Shown piece after piece: positions 31,563 through 40,062 of a stretch of 54,975 nt of DNA. The stretch lies in assembly GCA_033345155.1 (NCBI GenBank), contig JAWPOG010000023.1:1-54975 (forward strand), written 5' to 3'. The translations under genes were made by a program, and so were the position numbers. Numbering within the stretch: position 1 is the first letter of the stretch; every line of letters begins with the position of its first letter. The notes beneath the pieces were generated by a model that made no database searches, was not told the DNA's origin, and saw only the letters and a list, made by a program, of their open reading frames with translations. The stretch comes from Alphaproteobacteria bacterium. Its GTDB lineage: Bacteria > Pseudomonadota > Alphaproteobacteria > Rs-D84.

Positions 31563-31591
31563 ATTATAATTGATATTTTTGATATATTCAA
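31563..31591 (-). promoter_or_regulatory. sigma70 promoter for the HTH leader
   Basis: TTGAAT-17 nt-TATAAT. Confidence 0.8.
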
Positions 31592-31651
31592 TCGATTAGA
31601 TAAATAAAAGTTTAGTTCAGCAAATAAAAACAGAATTTTTGAAAAAAATTC

Positions 31652-31684
31652 TGTCATCCCGTGGCTTGACCACGGGACCCAGGT
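31652..31684. repeat. Left palindromic inverted repeat of the GIY-YIG gene
   Basis: TGTCATCCCGTGGCTTGACCACGGGACCCAGGT, exact reverse complement of 32017-32049. Confidence 0.97.
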
Positions 31685-31691
31685 GGATTCC

Positions 31692-32000
31692 TTATAACAA
31701 ATTGTTCAAGTCATCATATAAATCGCGCCAAGTGGGATTATACTTTTCAATCAAATCTTTTTTCCAATTTCGTTTCCATTCTTTCAGTCGTTTTTCATGC
31801 CGTATTGCCTGGTTCACATCTTCAAAGCGTTCAAAATAAACCAACTTGTCCACATTGTATTTATTAGTAAAACCAGGCAACAAATGATTTTTGTGTTCAA
31901 AAATACGTTGTGGCAAATCACTAGTAAAACCAATATACAATGTTCCATTTTTGGCACTTGCCATAATATAAACATAATAATACTTTTGTTCAAAAATCAT
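31692..32000 (-). CDS. Stand-alone GIY-YIG nuclease (YhbQ-like)
   Basis: YYVYIM..TLYIGFTSDL..RIFEHK, FTNKY, LVYFE, AI.HEKRLKEW, NP.W.DL; start 32000 or 32015. Confidence 0.93.
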   Translation of the reverse strand: MIFEQKYYYVYIMASAKNGTLYIGFTSDLPQRIFEHKNHLLPGFTNKYNVDKLVYFERFEDVNQAIRHEKRLKEWKRNWKKDLIEKYNPTWRDLYDDLNNLL

Positions 32001-32016
32001 AACATAAGAATACATG

Positions 32017-32049
32017 ACCTGGGTCCCGTGGTCAAGCCACGGGATGACA
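32017..32049. repeat. Right palindromic inverted repeat of the GIY-YIG gene
   Basis: ACCTGGGTCCCGTGGTCAAGCCACGGGATGACA. Confidence 0.97.
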
Positions 32050-32110
32050 AAGGTTTTTAATCTCTTAACAAAAAATACCCCGCTAAACTTTTATTTAGCG
32101 CAAAAAAAGC

Positions 32111-32196
32111 CGTCACCCCGGCGCAGGCCGGGGTCTATTGTTTCATAGTGCAAATGATAAAGCCCGCAGAACACAATGGATACCGGCCTGCGCCGG
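32111..32196. repeat. Inverted doublet of GTCA-tagged palindromes with no gene inside (REPIN-like)
   Basis: CGTCACCCCGGCGCAGGCCGGGGTCTATTG ... CAATGGATACCGGCCTGCGCCGG. Confidence 0.8.
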
Positions 32197-32222
32197 TCCG
32201 CCCCCTCCAAGGGAGGGGAATT

Positions 32223-32249
32223 AAAAATCCCGCATACGCGGGATTTTTT
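32223..32249 (-). terminator. Intrinsic terminator of the OmpA-like gene
   Basis: AAAAATCCCGC-ATAC-GCGGGATTTTTT. Confidence 0.85.
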
Positions 32250-32266
32250 GTCTTTCCATCATCTGA

Positions 32267-33280
32267 TTATTGGATGCCGACGCGGAATTGGTCGCCCCAT
32301 TGGGCTACATTTTGACCACCAATGGTGCATTTTATGTCTTCAAAGCCATCTTCTACCTGATTCTTTTTTACAACATTACTGGTTATCAATCCGCCAACCG
32401 TCCCCAGTACCACAGCCGCAATACCATCAGATGCCAAACGCGCCGTATTAAAATTACCCTCTGCGTCTTTCCATACACTTCTTTTACCACGGAATTCTTT
32501 GTGGATTGTACTCAGCTTTTTGTAGTTGTCCAGGATGAGTTTATATTCTTTTAACTCTTTGGTTTCGGCTGAGTTGGTTTTGCCGGCATTTAAGCACTTT
32601 TGAAATGTTTCTTCAATATCGGCTTCTTTAAAGTCAGTATCGTTTTGTTTCTCTCGCACATGAGTGATATAGTTCTTGAACAGCGTGTCTGCGGGGCACT
32701 TTGAATCTTCTATTTGGTTGAGCTCCTGCCATTTTTTAAGGAACACTATGGTTCTATACTTATCGGTCTGTTTTGGATAGGAAAATAAAACCTCGACAGA
32801 ACGGAACGATGGAAGGTTGTTAGAGGAAGTCTTCGTCTGTGTGTTATTCTGGGATTCACCAGCGGTTCTTGTTACTTTTGGAATTGGTTCATCAAACTCC
32901 AGAAGACTCTTAATATAGGTGGCACGACTCTGTGCCAGCTGTACATTGGTGGTAGATGAGCCCAGTTCAGATGCGTATCCAATTATCGTAACGCCGATTA
33001 AGTCTTCGGTATTGTATTTGCTCGCAACTTCAGTAAATTTTTTTTTGCAATCCTCCGATAATTGATATTTATTAGTTTCAAAGCCAGTTATGCTGATTAT
33101 ATTTGGTAGGTTTTCGCCAGGTATAGCAACTGTTTCTTTGATGGCGCATGTGTCGCTATCGGCCGAGTTGGCAACCGCAGTCCAGCCCGTCACCGCCACA
33201 AATGACACAAAAAAAACCGTACGCAACAAGCCGTTTAAACTGGATTTTTTTTTCAAATTCATTTTTCCGAAAAAAAACAT
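32267..33280 (-). CDS. Exported protein with OmpA-like peptidoglycan-binding domain and C-terminal Gly-rich hydrophobic segment
   Basis: Signal/TM, FETNKYQL..IIGYAS..G..NVQLAQSRA..RSVEV, C-terminal GIAAVVLGTVGGLITS; GGAGG SD. Confidence 0.75.
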   Translation of the reverse strand: MFFFGKMNLKKKSSLNGLLRTVFFVSFVAVTGWTAVANSADSDTCAIKETVAIPGENLPNIISITGFETNKYQLSEDCKKKFTEVASKYNTEDLIGVTIIGYASELGSSTTNVQLAQSRATYIKSLLEFDEPIPKVTRTAGESQNNTQTKTSSNNLPSFRSVEVLFSYPKQTDKYRTIVFLKKWQELNQIEDSKCPADTLFKNYITHVREKQNDTDFKEADIEETFQKCLNAGKTNSAETKELKEYKLILDNYKKLSTIHKEFRGKRSVWKDAEGNFNTARLASDGIAAVVLGTVGGLITSNVVKKNQVEDGFEDIKCTIGGQNVAQWGDQFRVGIQ

Positions 33281-33580
33281 TTTTTGCCCCTCCCATATTC
33301 TAGCGCCGAATCTAAACGGTGGTTTGGATTCGGCAAACTTTCCTGTCCTGATTATTTGTCATTTTATCATATTTCCCGCGCCGTTCCAAGAATATTTTAA
33401 TCCCTATTTTTTGCTGTGTTGTATTTGTGAAGATGGTCTTTGTGAATATTGTCAAATTGTATATAGCAGATTTTCAAGGTGTATATTTTGTGACCAGAGA
33501 ACAGGATTGTATTGTGATGGGTGGAAATGAGGAATGTTAGTTTGTTGTTTTTATTGGGGGATAAATGTTTTAAGACCCTG

Positions 33581-33623
33581 TTCCCGCCTGTGCGGGAATG
33601 ACACAAAGGGGGCGGGAATGACA
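33581..33623. repeat. GTCA-tagged palindrome (dRS3-like) plus half copy, after dnaQ stop
   Basis: TTCCCGCCTGTGCGGGAATGACA and a second GCGGGAATGACA. Confidence 0.75.
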
Positions 33624-33629
33624 AGGGGG

Positions 33630-34307
33630 TTATTTGTTAATCTTTTCCATAAAGGTGTTATGGTTTTCAAGTTCATTGGGATTTGGGGTGAATTTGCGAT
33701 ATGGAAAATTACCGCCAATCTTGGGATGAGCCAGCATGGCCGCATGCTGTTTGGCAATTATTTCCGATACATTGGGGGCGGGGGCTGTGTTTTCTAATTC
33801 CAGATAAACACGCGCCAATATTTCCGAGTCAATTAATGCGCCATGTGCATCAGCACGCGCTGTTAATGATATGCCATACCATTTTGCCAGTGCGTCTAGG
33901 GTATAACTTTTTGGGCCAAATACACGATTGCGGGCGATGACCAGAGTGTCAATCATTTGTTCGCGGGAAATGGGGCGCAGGCCCAGTTTGCCTAGTTCGT
34001 GGTTTACAAACGGAAAGTCAAAGTCCATTCCGTTGTGGGCAATAATCGGACTGTCTCCAATAAATTCCAGAAATTTGGGTGCAACCGCAGACATTTTGGG
34101 TTTGTCTTCTAGAAAAGCGTTGGATATCTTGTGTACCATGTATGTGTCGGGTGGAATTATTTTTCCATCTGGGTTAATATATTCGTGAAAATTGTTTCCG
34201 GTGATTTTGCCGTCAATAACCTCGACCGCGCCAATTTCAATTATGCGGTCGCCACGCATGTATTCAAATCCAGTGGTTTCAATGTCAAAACAAATAACAC
34301 GTGCCAT
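33630..34307 (-). CDS. dnaQ: DNA polymerase III epsilon subunit
   Basis: DIETTG, AHN..FD, IDTL, TLDAL, HGALIDS (DEDDh exonuclease). Confidence 0.93.
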   Translation of the reverse strand: MARVICFDIETTGFEYMRGDRIIEIGAVEVIDGKITGNNFHEYINPDGKIIPPDTYMVHKISNAFLEDKPKMSAVAPKFLEFIGDSPIIAHNGMDFDFPFVNHELGKLGLRPISREQMIDTLVIARNRVFGPKSYTLDALAKWYGISLTARADAHGALIDSEILARVYLELENTAPAPNVSEIIAKQHAAMLAHPKIGGNFPYRKFTPNPNELENHNTFMEKINK

Positions 34308-34356
34308 AGTAATCCCAGTCCTTGATAATAATAGTTGCGAGTATTATAATAAAGCG

Positions 34357-36417
34357 ATGGATTTAATGCTAGGAAATCTTAATAACGAACAAAGGTTGGC
34401 GGTCGAAACAACACAGGGGCCGTTGTTGGTGCTGTCGGGTGCAGGAACTGGAAAAACACGTGTTTTGACCACCAGGATTGCATATATATTGAACAGTCGT
34501 TTGGCGCAGACATGGCAGGTGTTGGCATTGACTTTTACAAACAAGGCCGCAAATGAAATGAAAAAACGGTTAGAGGCTTGTTCAAATGGAGACTGGTATG
34601 CTGGGGATGTGTGGTGCGGAACATTTCATTCGATTTGCCTGCGGATTTTGCGAAGCAACGCGGAACGTGCAGGGTTAAGACGGGACTTTATTATATATGG
34701 CGAGGACGAGCAAAAGGCAGTTGTGAAATCCTTGATAAGCGAATCGACCAAGACACCAGCTGAATACGTCGAAGAATTTTCCGCAATCAAAGACAAAGGA
34801 TTGGTGGCACTGGAAAATAAAAATAAATTGTTTAATGCGTATAATGCCGAATTGATGCGATTGAACGCAGTTGATTTTGGCGATATTATATTAAAGGTGC
34901 TGGAACTGTTTGATAAAAATCCAGATATATTGGCGCGATATCAAAATCAATTTAAATATATTTTGGTCGATGAATTTCAAGATACTAATAATGCACAGAT
35001 GGAATTTTTGGTGTTGTTGACCCGTGGGGTGGATTGTCCGAATATTTGTTGTGTTGGGGATGATGACCAATCTATTTATTCGTGGCGTGGGGCGGAAATT
35101 AAACATATATTGAATTTTGAAAAAACTTTTCCAGATGCGCAGATAATACGATTGGAAACAAATTATCGCAGTACGGCAAATATTTTGAATGCGGCAAATT
35201 CGTTGATACGGCATAACCAAGGACGATTGGGCAAGGATTTGCGTGCCCAAAATGTGGATGCGGTGGGGGAACCTGTTTATGTGTTGACTTTGCCAACCGA
35301 CAGGGACGAGGCACGGATTATCGCTGATGCCATTGTGCGTGATGGAACAAATGATTTTACAAAATTTGCATTGTTGATCCGGGCAGGCAGTTTGTCACGC
35401 ATATTCGAAGAAGAATTTGCATCAAGGGGGATTCCGTATAGGTTGATTGGTGCTACTAGGTTCTATGACCGGATGGAGGTGCGCGATGTGATCGCTTATT
35501 TGCGATTGCTGGTGTATCCGTTTGATGATATGTCTTTTGTGCGGGTTATTGCAAAGCCTAGACGAGGATTCGGGGATAAAGCAATTGCAAATCTGCGCAC
35601 AAGTGGGGAAAATTTGATGAGTGCGATAAGGTGCGCAAAGCTGTCCTCGAAACAACGCACAGCAGCGGACGAATTTTTGTCGGCCTTTGATTTTGATTGG
35701 GGAAATTTGCCGCCAAAAGATGTGGCGAAAATTTTGCTGGAACGAACCGGGTATATGAAAATGTGGACCGAATCCAAAGATGCAGATGCCGCAGACCGAA
35801 TCGCAAATGTGCGTGAATTGATTAGTTCGGTAATAGCAAAATATGATACTTTGCCCGAGTTCTTGGAGCAGGCGGCGCTGATGATGACAGATGATAATGA
35901 TGCGAACGATGCAGGACAAAATGCAAATTCGGTCAGTATTATGACTGTGCATGCAGCCAAAGGATTAGAGTTTGATACTGTGTTTTTACCGGCCTGGGAA
36001 GATGGAATTTTCCCAAATGATAAAGCTATAAATGAAGGCGCAATCGAAGAAGAAAGGCGGTTGGCTTATGTCGCTATAACCAGAGCAAAAAAACGTTGCG
36101 TGATTTCTAATGCTATGATGCGATTTGTGTTTGGAACACGCACTTATAATTCGCCCAGTCGATTTATCACAGAAATGGATAATAAATATCTGGATTTTCA
36201 AGGTGGTGTGCCGCGGACTTATGCCCCCAGGGTTGAACACAGTTATACCCCAAAACCAAAAATGGGTAAATGTGCTTTGATGCTGGGGAAATTGGTTGTT
36301 CATGACGAGCTGGGGGCAGGGGTCGTGATAGAAGATGGGGGCGCTGTATTGACCGTTGCGTTTAAGTCCAAGGGTATAAAAAAAGTAGCACGCGAGTTTG
36401 TGAAAATATTAAATTAA
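34357..36417 (+). CDS. uvrD: UvrD/PcrA DNA helicase
   Basis: GAGTGKT, TFTNKAA, VDEFQD, GDDDQSIYSWRGA, NYRS, TVHAAKGLEF, EEERRLAYVAITRA; start at ATG 34357. Confidence 0.95.
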   Translation: MDLMLGNLNNEQRLAVETTQGPLLVLSGAGTGKTRVLTTRIAYILNSRLAQTWQVLALTFTNKAANEMKKRLEACSNGDWYAGDVWCGTFHSICLRILRSNAERAGLRRDFIIYGEDEQKAVVKSLISESTKTPAEYVEEFSAIKDKGLVALENKNKLFNAYNAELMRLNAVDFGDIILKVLELFDKNPDILARYQNQFKYILVDEFQDTNNAQMEFLVLLTRGVDCPNICCVGDDDQSIYSWRGAEIKHILNFEKTFPDAQIIRLETNYRSTANILNAANSLIRHNQGRLGKDLRAQNVDAVGEPVYVLTLPTDRDEARIIADAIVRDGTNDFTKFALLIRAGSLSRIFEEEFASRGIPYRLIGATRFYDRMEVRDVIAYLRLLVYPFDDMSFVRVIAKPRRGFGDKAIANLRTSGENLMSAIRCAKLSSKQRTAADEFLSAFDFDWGNLPPKDVAKILLERTGYMKMWTESKDADAADRIANVRELISSVIAKYDTLPEFLEQAALMMTDDNDANDAGQNANSVSIMTVHAAKGLEFDTVFLPAWEDGIFPNDKAINEGAIEEERRLAYVAITRAKKRCVISNAMMRFVFGTRTYNSPSRFITEMDNKYLDFQGGVPRTYAPRVEHSYTPKPKMGKCALMLGKLVVHDELGAGVVIEDGGAVLTVAFKSKGIKKVAREFVKILN

Positions 36418-36441
36418 AAACCGGCAAAAATGCCGGTTTTT
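36416..36441. terminator. Bidirectional terminator uvrD/pgsA
   Basis: AAAAACCGGCA-AAAA-TGCCGGTTTTT. Confidence 0.88.
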
Positions 36442-36459
36442 ATGCGTATAGCGCGTTTT

Positions 36460-37071
36460 TTAGTTCTTTTTTTTGTTTAATGTTTTTAGGTGACTTAAAA
36501 ATGTTTTTGTGTATTGTGTCGCAGACCAGATGGATGCAACCAATGATAACCACAGCCCCCATACACCAATCTGGGGTAAAATGTAAATGGCGTACATTAA
36601 TAAACGACTGGTCAAGTCAGGGGTGATTAACGTGCTAAGTGCAAGGATTAATAAAAATGCCGCAATTGAAATCATTTGCAGGGCTGTCTTAATCTTGCCC
36701 ATGGAAAAGCGTGACTTGGGTACAGGCATTTCAATTTTCTGGGTGCCCAGAAATTCACGCAGGCCAGAAATGTACAGTTCGCGGGAAATCATGATGATAA
36801 CTGGAACAAAAATAAACCATACCGGCATCATGATAGACAGCATAATCAGTGTGTTGACCACCAATAATTTGTCGCCAATGTGATCCATTACACCCCCAAT
36901 CTTTGTGCAAACGTTATATTTGCGCGCCAGATATCCGTCAAACCAATCGGTGATAGCTGCCACTGCGTACAGAATAAATGTCGTCCAATACATTTGAAAC
37001 ATTAGGGCCGGAATTATTGCAAATGCCGCAAGGATGCGGAACGCAGATAAAAAGTTAACAAAGAATTTCAT
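36460..37071 (-). CDS. pgsA: CDP-diacylglycerol--glycerol-3-phosphate phosphatidyltransferase
   Basis: TDWFDGYLARK..GG.MD..GDK CDP-alcohol motif, RE..ISGLRE, GK.KT..QM; uvrC-pgsA order; AGGAG SD. Confidence 0.93.
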   Translation of the reverse strand: MKFFVNFLSAFRILAAFAIIPALMFQMYWTTFILYAVAAITDWFDGYLARKYNVCTKIGGVMDHIGDKLLVVNTLIMLSIMMPVWFIFVPVIIMISRELYISGLREFLGTQKIEMPVPKSRFSMGKIKTALQMISIAAFLLILALSTLITPDLTSRLLMYAIYILPQIGVWGLWLSLVASIWSATQYTKTFLSHLKTLNKKKN

Positions 37072-37120
37072 ATAGTTTCTCCTTTGGTTAATAAGTATAT
37101 TAATGTCTGCATTATAACAC

Positions 37121-38539
37121 TTATTGATGAAAATGCGCATATATTTTTTCAGCGGCATGTTTTCCCAATCCAGGAACGTGTTTCAGTGCGTTTATGTCTG
37201 CGTCTATTATTGCACGGACCGAGCCAAAATGTTGTAACAATGCGCGTTTGCGGGCGGGGCCGATGCCATCAATTTCATCCAGAACAGATGCGGTCATTTG
37301 TTTGGCGCGTATGTTGCGGTGGTATGTGATGACAAAACGGTGTGCTTCGTCACGGACAGCGCGTAACATTAGGAATAGGGGACTGTCCTTGGGCATGTCG
37401 TGGTATTCTGTGCCGTCGGGTAAAATAAAGTGTTCGTCACCATCGCGAACGATGCCCTTGGTGACACCAAATACGGGGATGTCGCCCGCAGCGCGGTGCG
37501 CAATGCGCCACTGTGCCATGCCCCCGTCCACAATTATTAAATCCAGTTTGGGACCACGTTGGACAGCCCGTTGAACGAATTCGGACATCATGGCGATGTC
37601 GTTGCCAGCGCGTGATTTATCCTGTAATTTGAAGTGTTTGTAGCCGGATTTCTCGAATCCATTGTGGCCAAAAGTTATCATTGCGCCAACGGGTTGTTTC
37701 CCGAACAAGTGGGAATTATCAAATACGCCAGCTAATTTAATTTTTAGCCCCAACCATTTTTCCAATTCTGATACATTTTTGTGCCAGTCTGAAATTGCGC
37801 TGTACGCATGTTTTGTGCGTATACCGCGATTTGATGTGTGTGTTAATGCGGCAATTTTGTCGCGTGCAATTGCAGCGGATTCATAGTCCATATTTGCAGA
37901 ATATTTTTTCATTTGTTCTGTCAGGTCGGCAATGATTGGTGCGCTGTCACCAGTCAGGATTTTTCGTGCTGTACGCACTGAATCTGCGTATTTTTGTTTG
38001 TCTGGATAACAACATGGCGCGCAGCATCGCCCAATTTGGTACAACAGGCATGGACGCGAACGGTTGCGCATTTGTGTGTCTGTGCATGTGCGAATTTGGC
38101 ATACACGTTGAATTGTTTTTATTGTCTCGTTCAGTGCTGAAACAGATGGATATGGGCCGTATATGTCGCGACGCTGGGATATGCGACCACGAAATTTTAG
38201 CAGACGCGGAAAGTCACCGGATGTTAATGCCAACATGGGGTACATTTTCCCATCGGTTAACATAATGTTGTATTTTGGTTTTTGGGTTTTGATAAGCTCT
38301 TGTTCACGAAGCAGGGCATCTGATTCGGTTGCGACTGTTTCCCATTCAATGCGTGCGACCAGGGTCCTCATGATTTGTTTGTGTGGTTCCAGTTTCGATA
38401 TGTCAGAATATTGACGCAGGCGGTTTGATATGTCTTTGGACTTGCCTATGTATAGCAGGTTGTTGTCGGTGTCATACATTTTATACACCCCAGGGGCGTG
38501 TGGTGCGTTTTCTATTAAATCTGCAAATTGAATATTCAT
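37121..38539 (-). CDS. uvrC: Excinuclease ABC subunit C (shortened, 472 aa)
   Basis: PGVY..LYIGK GIY-YIG, Cys cluster, UVR domain, FDNSH, VDGG, RDEAHRF, HhH repeats. Confidence 0.93.
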   Translation of the reverse strand: MNIQFADLIENAPHAPGVYKMYDTDNNLLYIGKSKDISNRLRQYSDISKLEPHKQIMRTLVARIEWETVATESDALLREQELIKTQKPKYNIMLTDGKMYPMLALTSGDFPRLLKFRGRISQRRDIYGPYPSVSALNETIKTIQRVCQIRTCTDTQMRNRSRPCLLYQIGRCCAPCCYPDKQKYADSVRTARKILTGDSAPIIADLTEQMKKYSANMDYESAAIARDKIAALTHTSNRGIRTKHAYSAISDWHKNVSELEKWLGLKIKLAGVFDNSHLFGKQPVGAMITFGHNGFEKSGYKHFKLQDKSRAGNDIAMMSEFVQRAVQRGPKLDLIIVDGGMAQWRIAHRAAGDIPVFGVTKGIVRDGDEHFILPDGTEYHDMPKDSPLFLMLRAVRDEAHRFVITYHRNIRAKQMTASVLDEIDGIGPARKRALLQHFGSVRAIIDADINALKHVPGLGKHAAEKIYAHFHQ

Positions 38540-38590
38540 AATATTTATGATAGAATATTAATTGTTAAATAGCAAACAAGAGGTTTTTTA

Positions 38591-39055
38591 ATGAATCAAG
38601 AATCTGGTCGTTCGATGATTGAAATGCTGGGGGTGCTTGCAATTATGGGGGTTATTACTGTTGGGGCAATCGGTATGATTTCAACCGCTATGCGTACGCA
38701 AAAGTTAACCTCGGTTAATGACCAAGTGGTTCAAATGGTGACGATGGTGCGCAATATTCACGGTGAATACGATGATTTTTCAAATATGAACGGTGTGACT
38801 ATTTTCGGTGCAATTGGGATGAGTAATAAAAATCCGTATGGCGGTAATTATACTTTGTCAGTTGACCCGTCTAATCCACGTCAATTTATTGTTGGTATTG
38901 ATGGTTTGGGGCAAAGTGAGTGCGAATCGCTGGTGGCCAAGGCTTGGTCCGATTCGGTTGGGTATCAAATGTCAGGAGGCAAACAGGGGGGGGCGACCGG
39001 TTCTTGTACAGGAAGCGGCGGAACAAATTCTGTACAGATTGTTTTTGGTGAGTAA
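38591..39055 (+). CDS. Type IV pilin-like protein
   Basis: Short leader MNQESG then RSMIEMLGVLAIMGVITVG with Glu at +5; NPYGG; C-terminal Cys pair. Confidence 0.8.
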   Translation: MNQESGRSMIEMLGVLAIMGVITVGAIGMISTAMRTQKLTSVNDQVVQMVTMVRNIHGEYDDFSNMNGVTIFGAIGMSNKNPYGGNYTLSVDPSNPRQFIVGIDGLGQSECESLVAKAWSDSVGYQMSGGKQGGATGSCTGSGGTNSVQIVFGE

Positions 39056-39090
39056 TAGTTGTTCTAAGTAAATGCCAAGTGGGGTGTGTG

Positions 39091-40062
39091 ATGGCTGATT
39101 TTGTAACTGTTTCCAAGGTAGAAGATGGAACGCGATTGTTGCGTTGGTTTTTGCGACATTTTCCAGGTGTTCCCCAGCGTGAGTTTTATAAACTGTGTCG
39201 TGGTGGTCAAATTCGTGTGAATTCAAAACGTGTGCGGGGAACAGAAGTTTTGCGTGATGGGGATGCAGTGCGTGTGCCACCGACGCTGGCAAGCTATATG
39301 GGGACGGTGGTAAAAAAAACAGAAAGTGGTGAAGTTTTTTCTTTGGCAGATTTGGAAATATTACGCAAGTGTATCATTCATAATGACGAAGATATCGTGG
39401 TGTTTAATAAGCCCGCAGGATTGGCGGTACAGGGTGGAACTGGTATCAGAAAATCTGTTGATAAGATGGCAGCAGCATTGTTCCCTTATGATAAAATTGC
39501 ATTGGTGCATCGACTGGATAGGGAGACCAGTGGAATATTAGTTGTTGCAAAAAATCATAGGGCGGCGCAAAACTTGGCGGCCCAGTTTCAGAACAAGATT
39601 GCACGGAAGGAATATTTGGCGCTGTTAAATGGTGATGTAAATCCGCGCAGCGGTGTGATTGATAACTTTGTGTTAAAGGGCCAGGTGTTTGATAGCTCGG
39701 CGCGGTTGAATAATGGAACAGGACCGCGTCCACAACGGGCGATTACTGAATACTCGGTGTTGTCAAATGCAGCAGGGTGTGTATCTTGGGTGCGGTTTTT
39801 GCCGAAAACTGGGCGTACGCATCAATTGCGGTTGCACAGTGCGTTTTCGTTAAATGCGCCAATCGTTGGTGATGGTTTGTATGGCGGAACATTGATGGCA
39901 GATGGACCGCTGGGCAGTGTTTTGAAAACAAACAAATTGTTTTTGTTTGCATATGGGTTAACATTTCAACATCCTGTAACAGGTCGGATGATGAAGTTGC
40001 GGGCGGCGGTGCCTGATTTTATGGTGCCAGTTATGAAGTTTCTGGAATTTAAATTGCCATGA
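39091..40062 (+). CDS. RluA-family pseudouridine synthase with S4 domain (RluC-like)
   Basis: S4 domain, NKPAGLAVQGG, HRLDRETSG, TGRTHQLR, PIVGD. Confidence 0.93.
   Translation: MADFVTVSKVEDGTRLLRWFLRHFPGVPQREFYKLCRGGQIRVNSKRVRGTEVLRDGDAVRVPPTLASYMGTVVKKTESGEVFSLADLEILRKCIIHNDEDIVVFNKPAGLAVQGGTGIRKSVDKMAAALFPYDKIALVHRLDRETSGILVVAKNHRAAQNLAAQFQNKIARKEYLALLNGDVNPRSGVIDNFVLKGQVFDSSARLNNGTGPRPQRAITEYSVLSNAAGCVSWVRFLPKTGRTHQLRLHSAFSLNAPIVGDGLYGGTLMADGPLGSVLKTNKLFLFAYGLTFQHPVTGRMMKLRAAVPDFMVPVMKFLEFKLP

Larger units (their letters stand above)
30991..32231. mobile_element. Candidate composite palindrome-bounded element carrying HTH and GIY-YIG genes
   Basis: 30991-31040 and reverse complement of 32182-32231 match at 47/50 nt; mobility is inferred. 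Confidence 0.5.

Noticed and set aside
31652-32049. Classical IS element or intron homing endonuclease
   Set aside because: The ORF has no DDE, HUH or serine/tyrosine recombinase motifs, no target duplication is evident, and it is intergenic with no intron structure
33281-33629. Protein-coding gene in the gap between the OmpA-like gene and dnaQ (33397-33624, 33090-33530)
   Set aside because: Starts inside a palindromic repeat or antisense to a gene, with no SD and implausible composition
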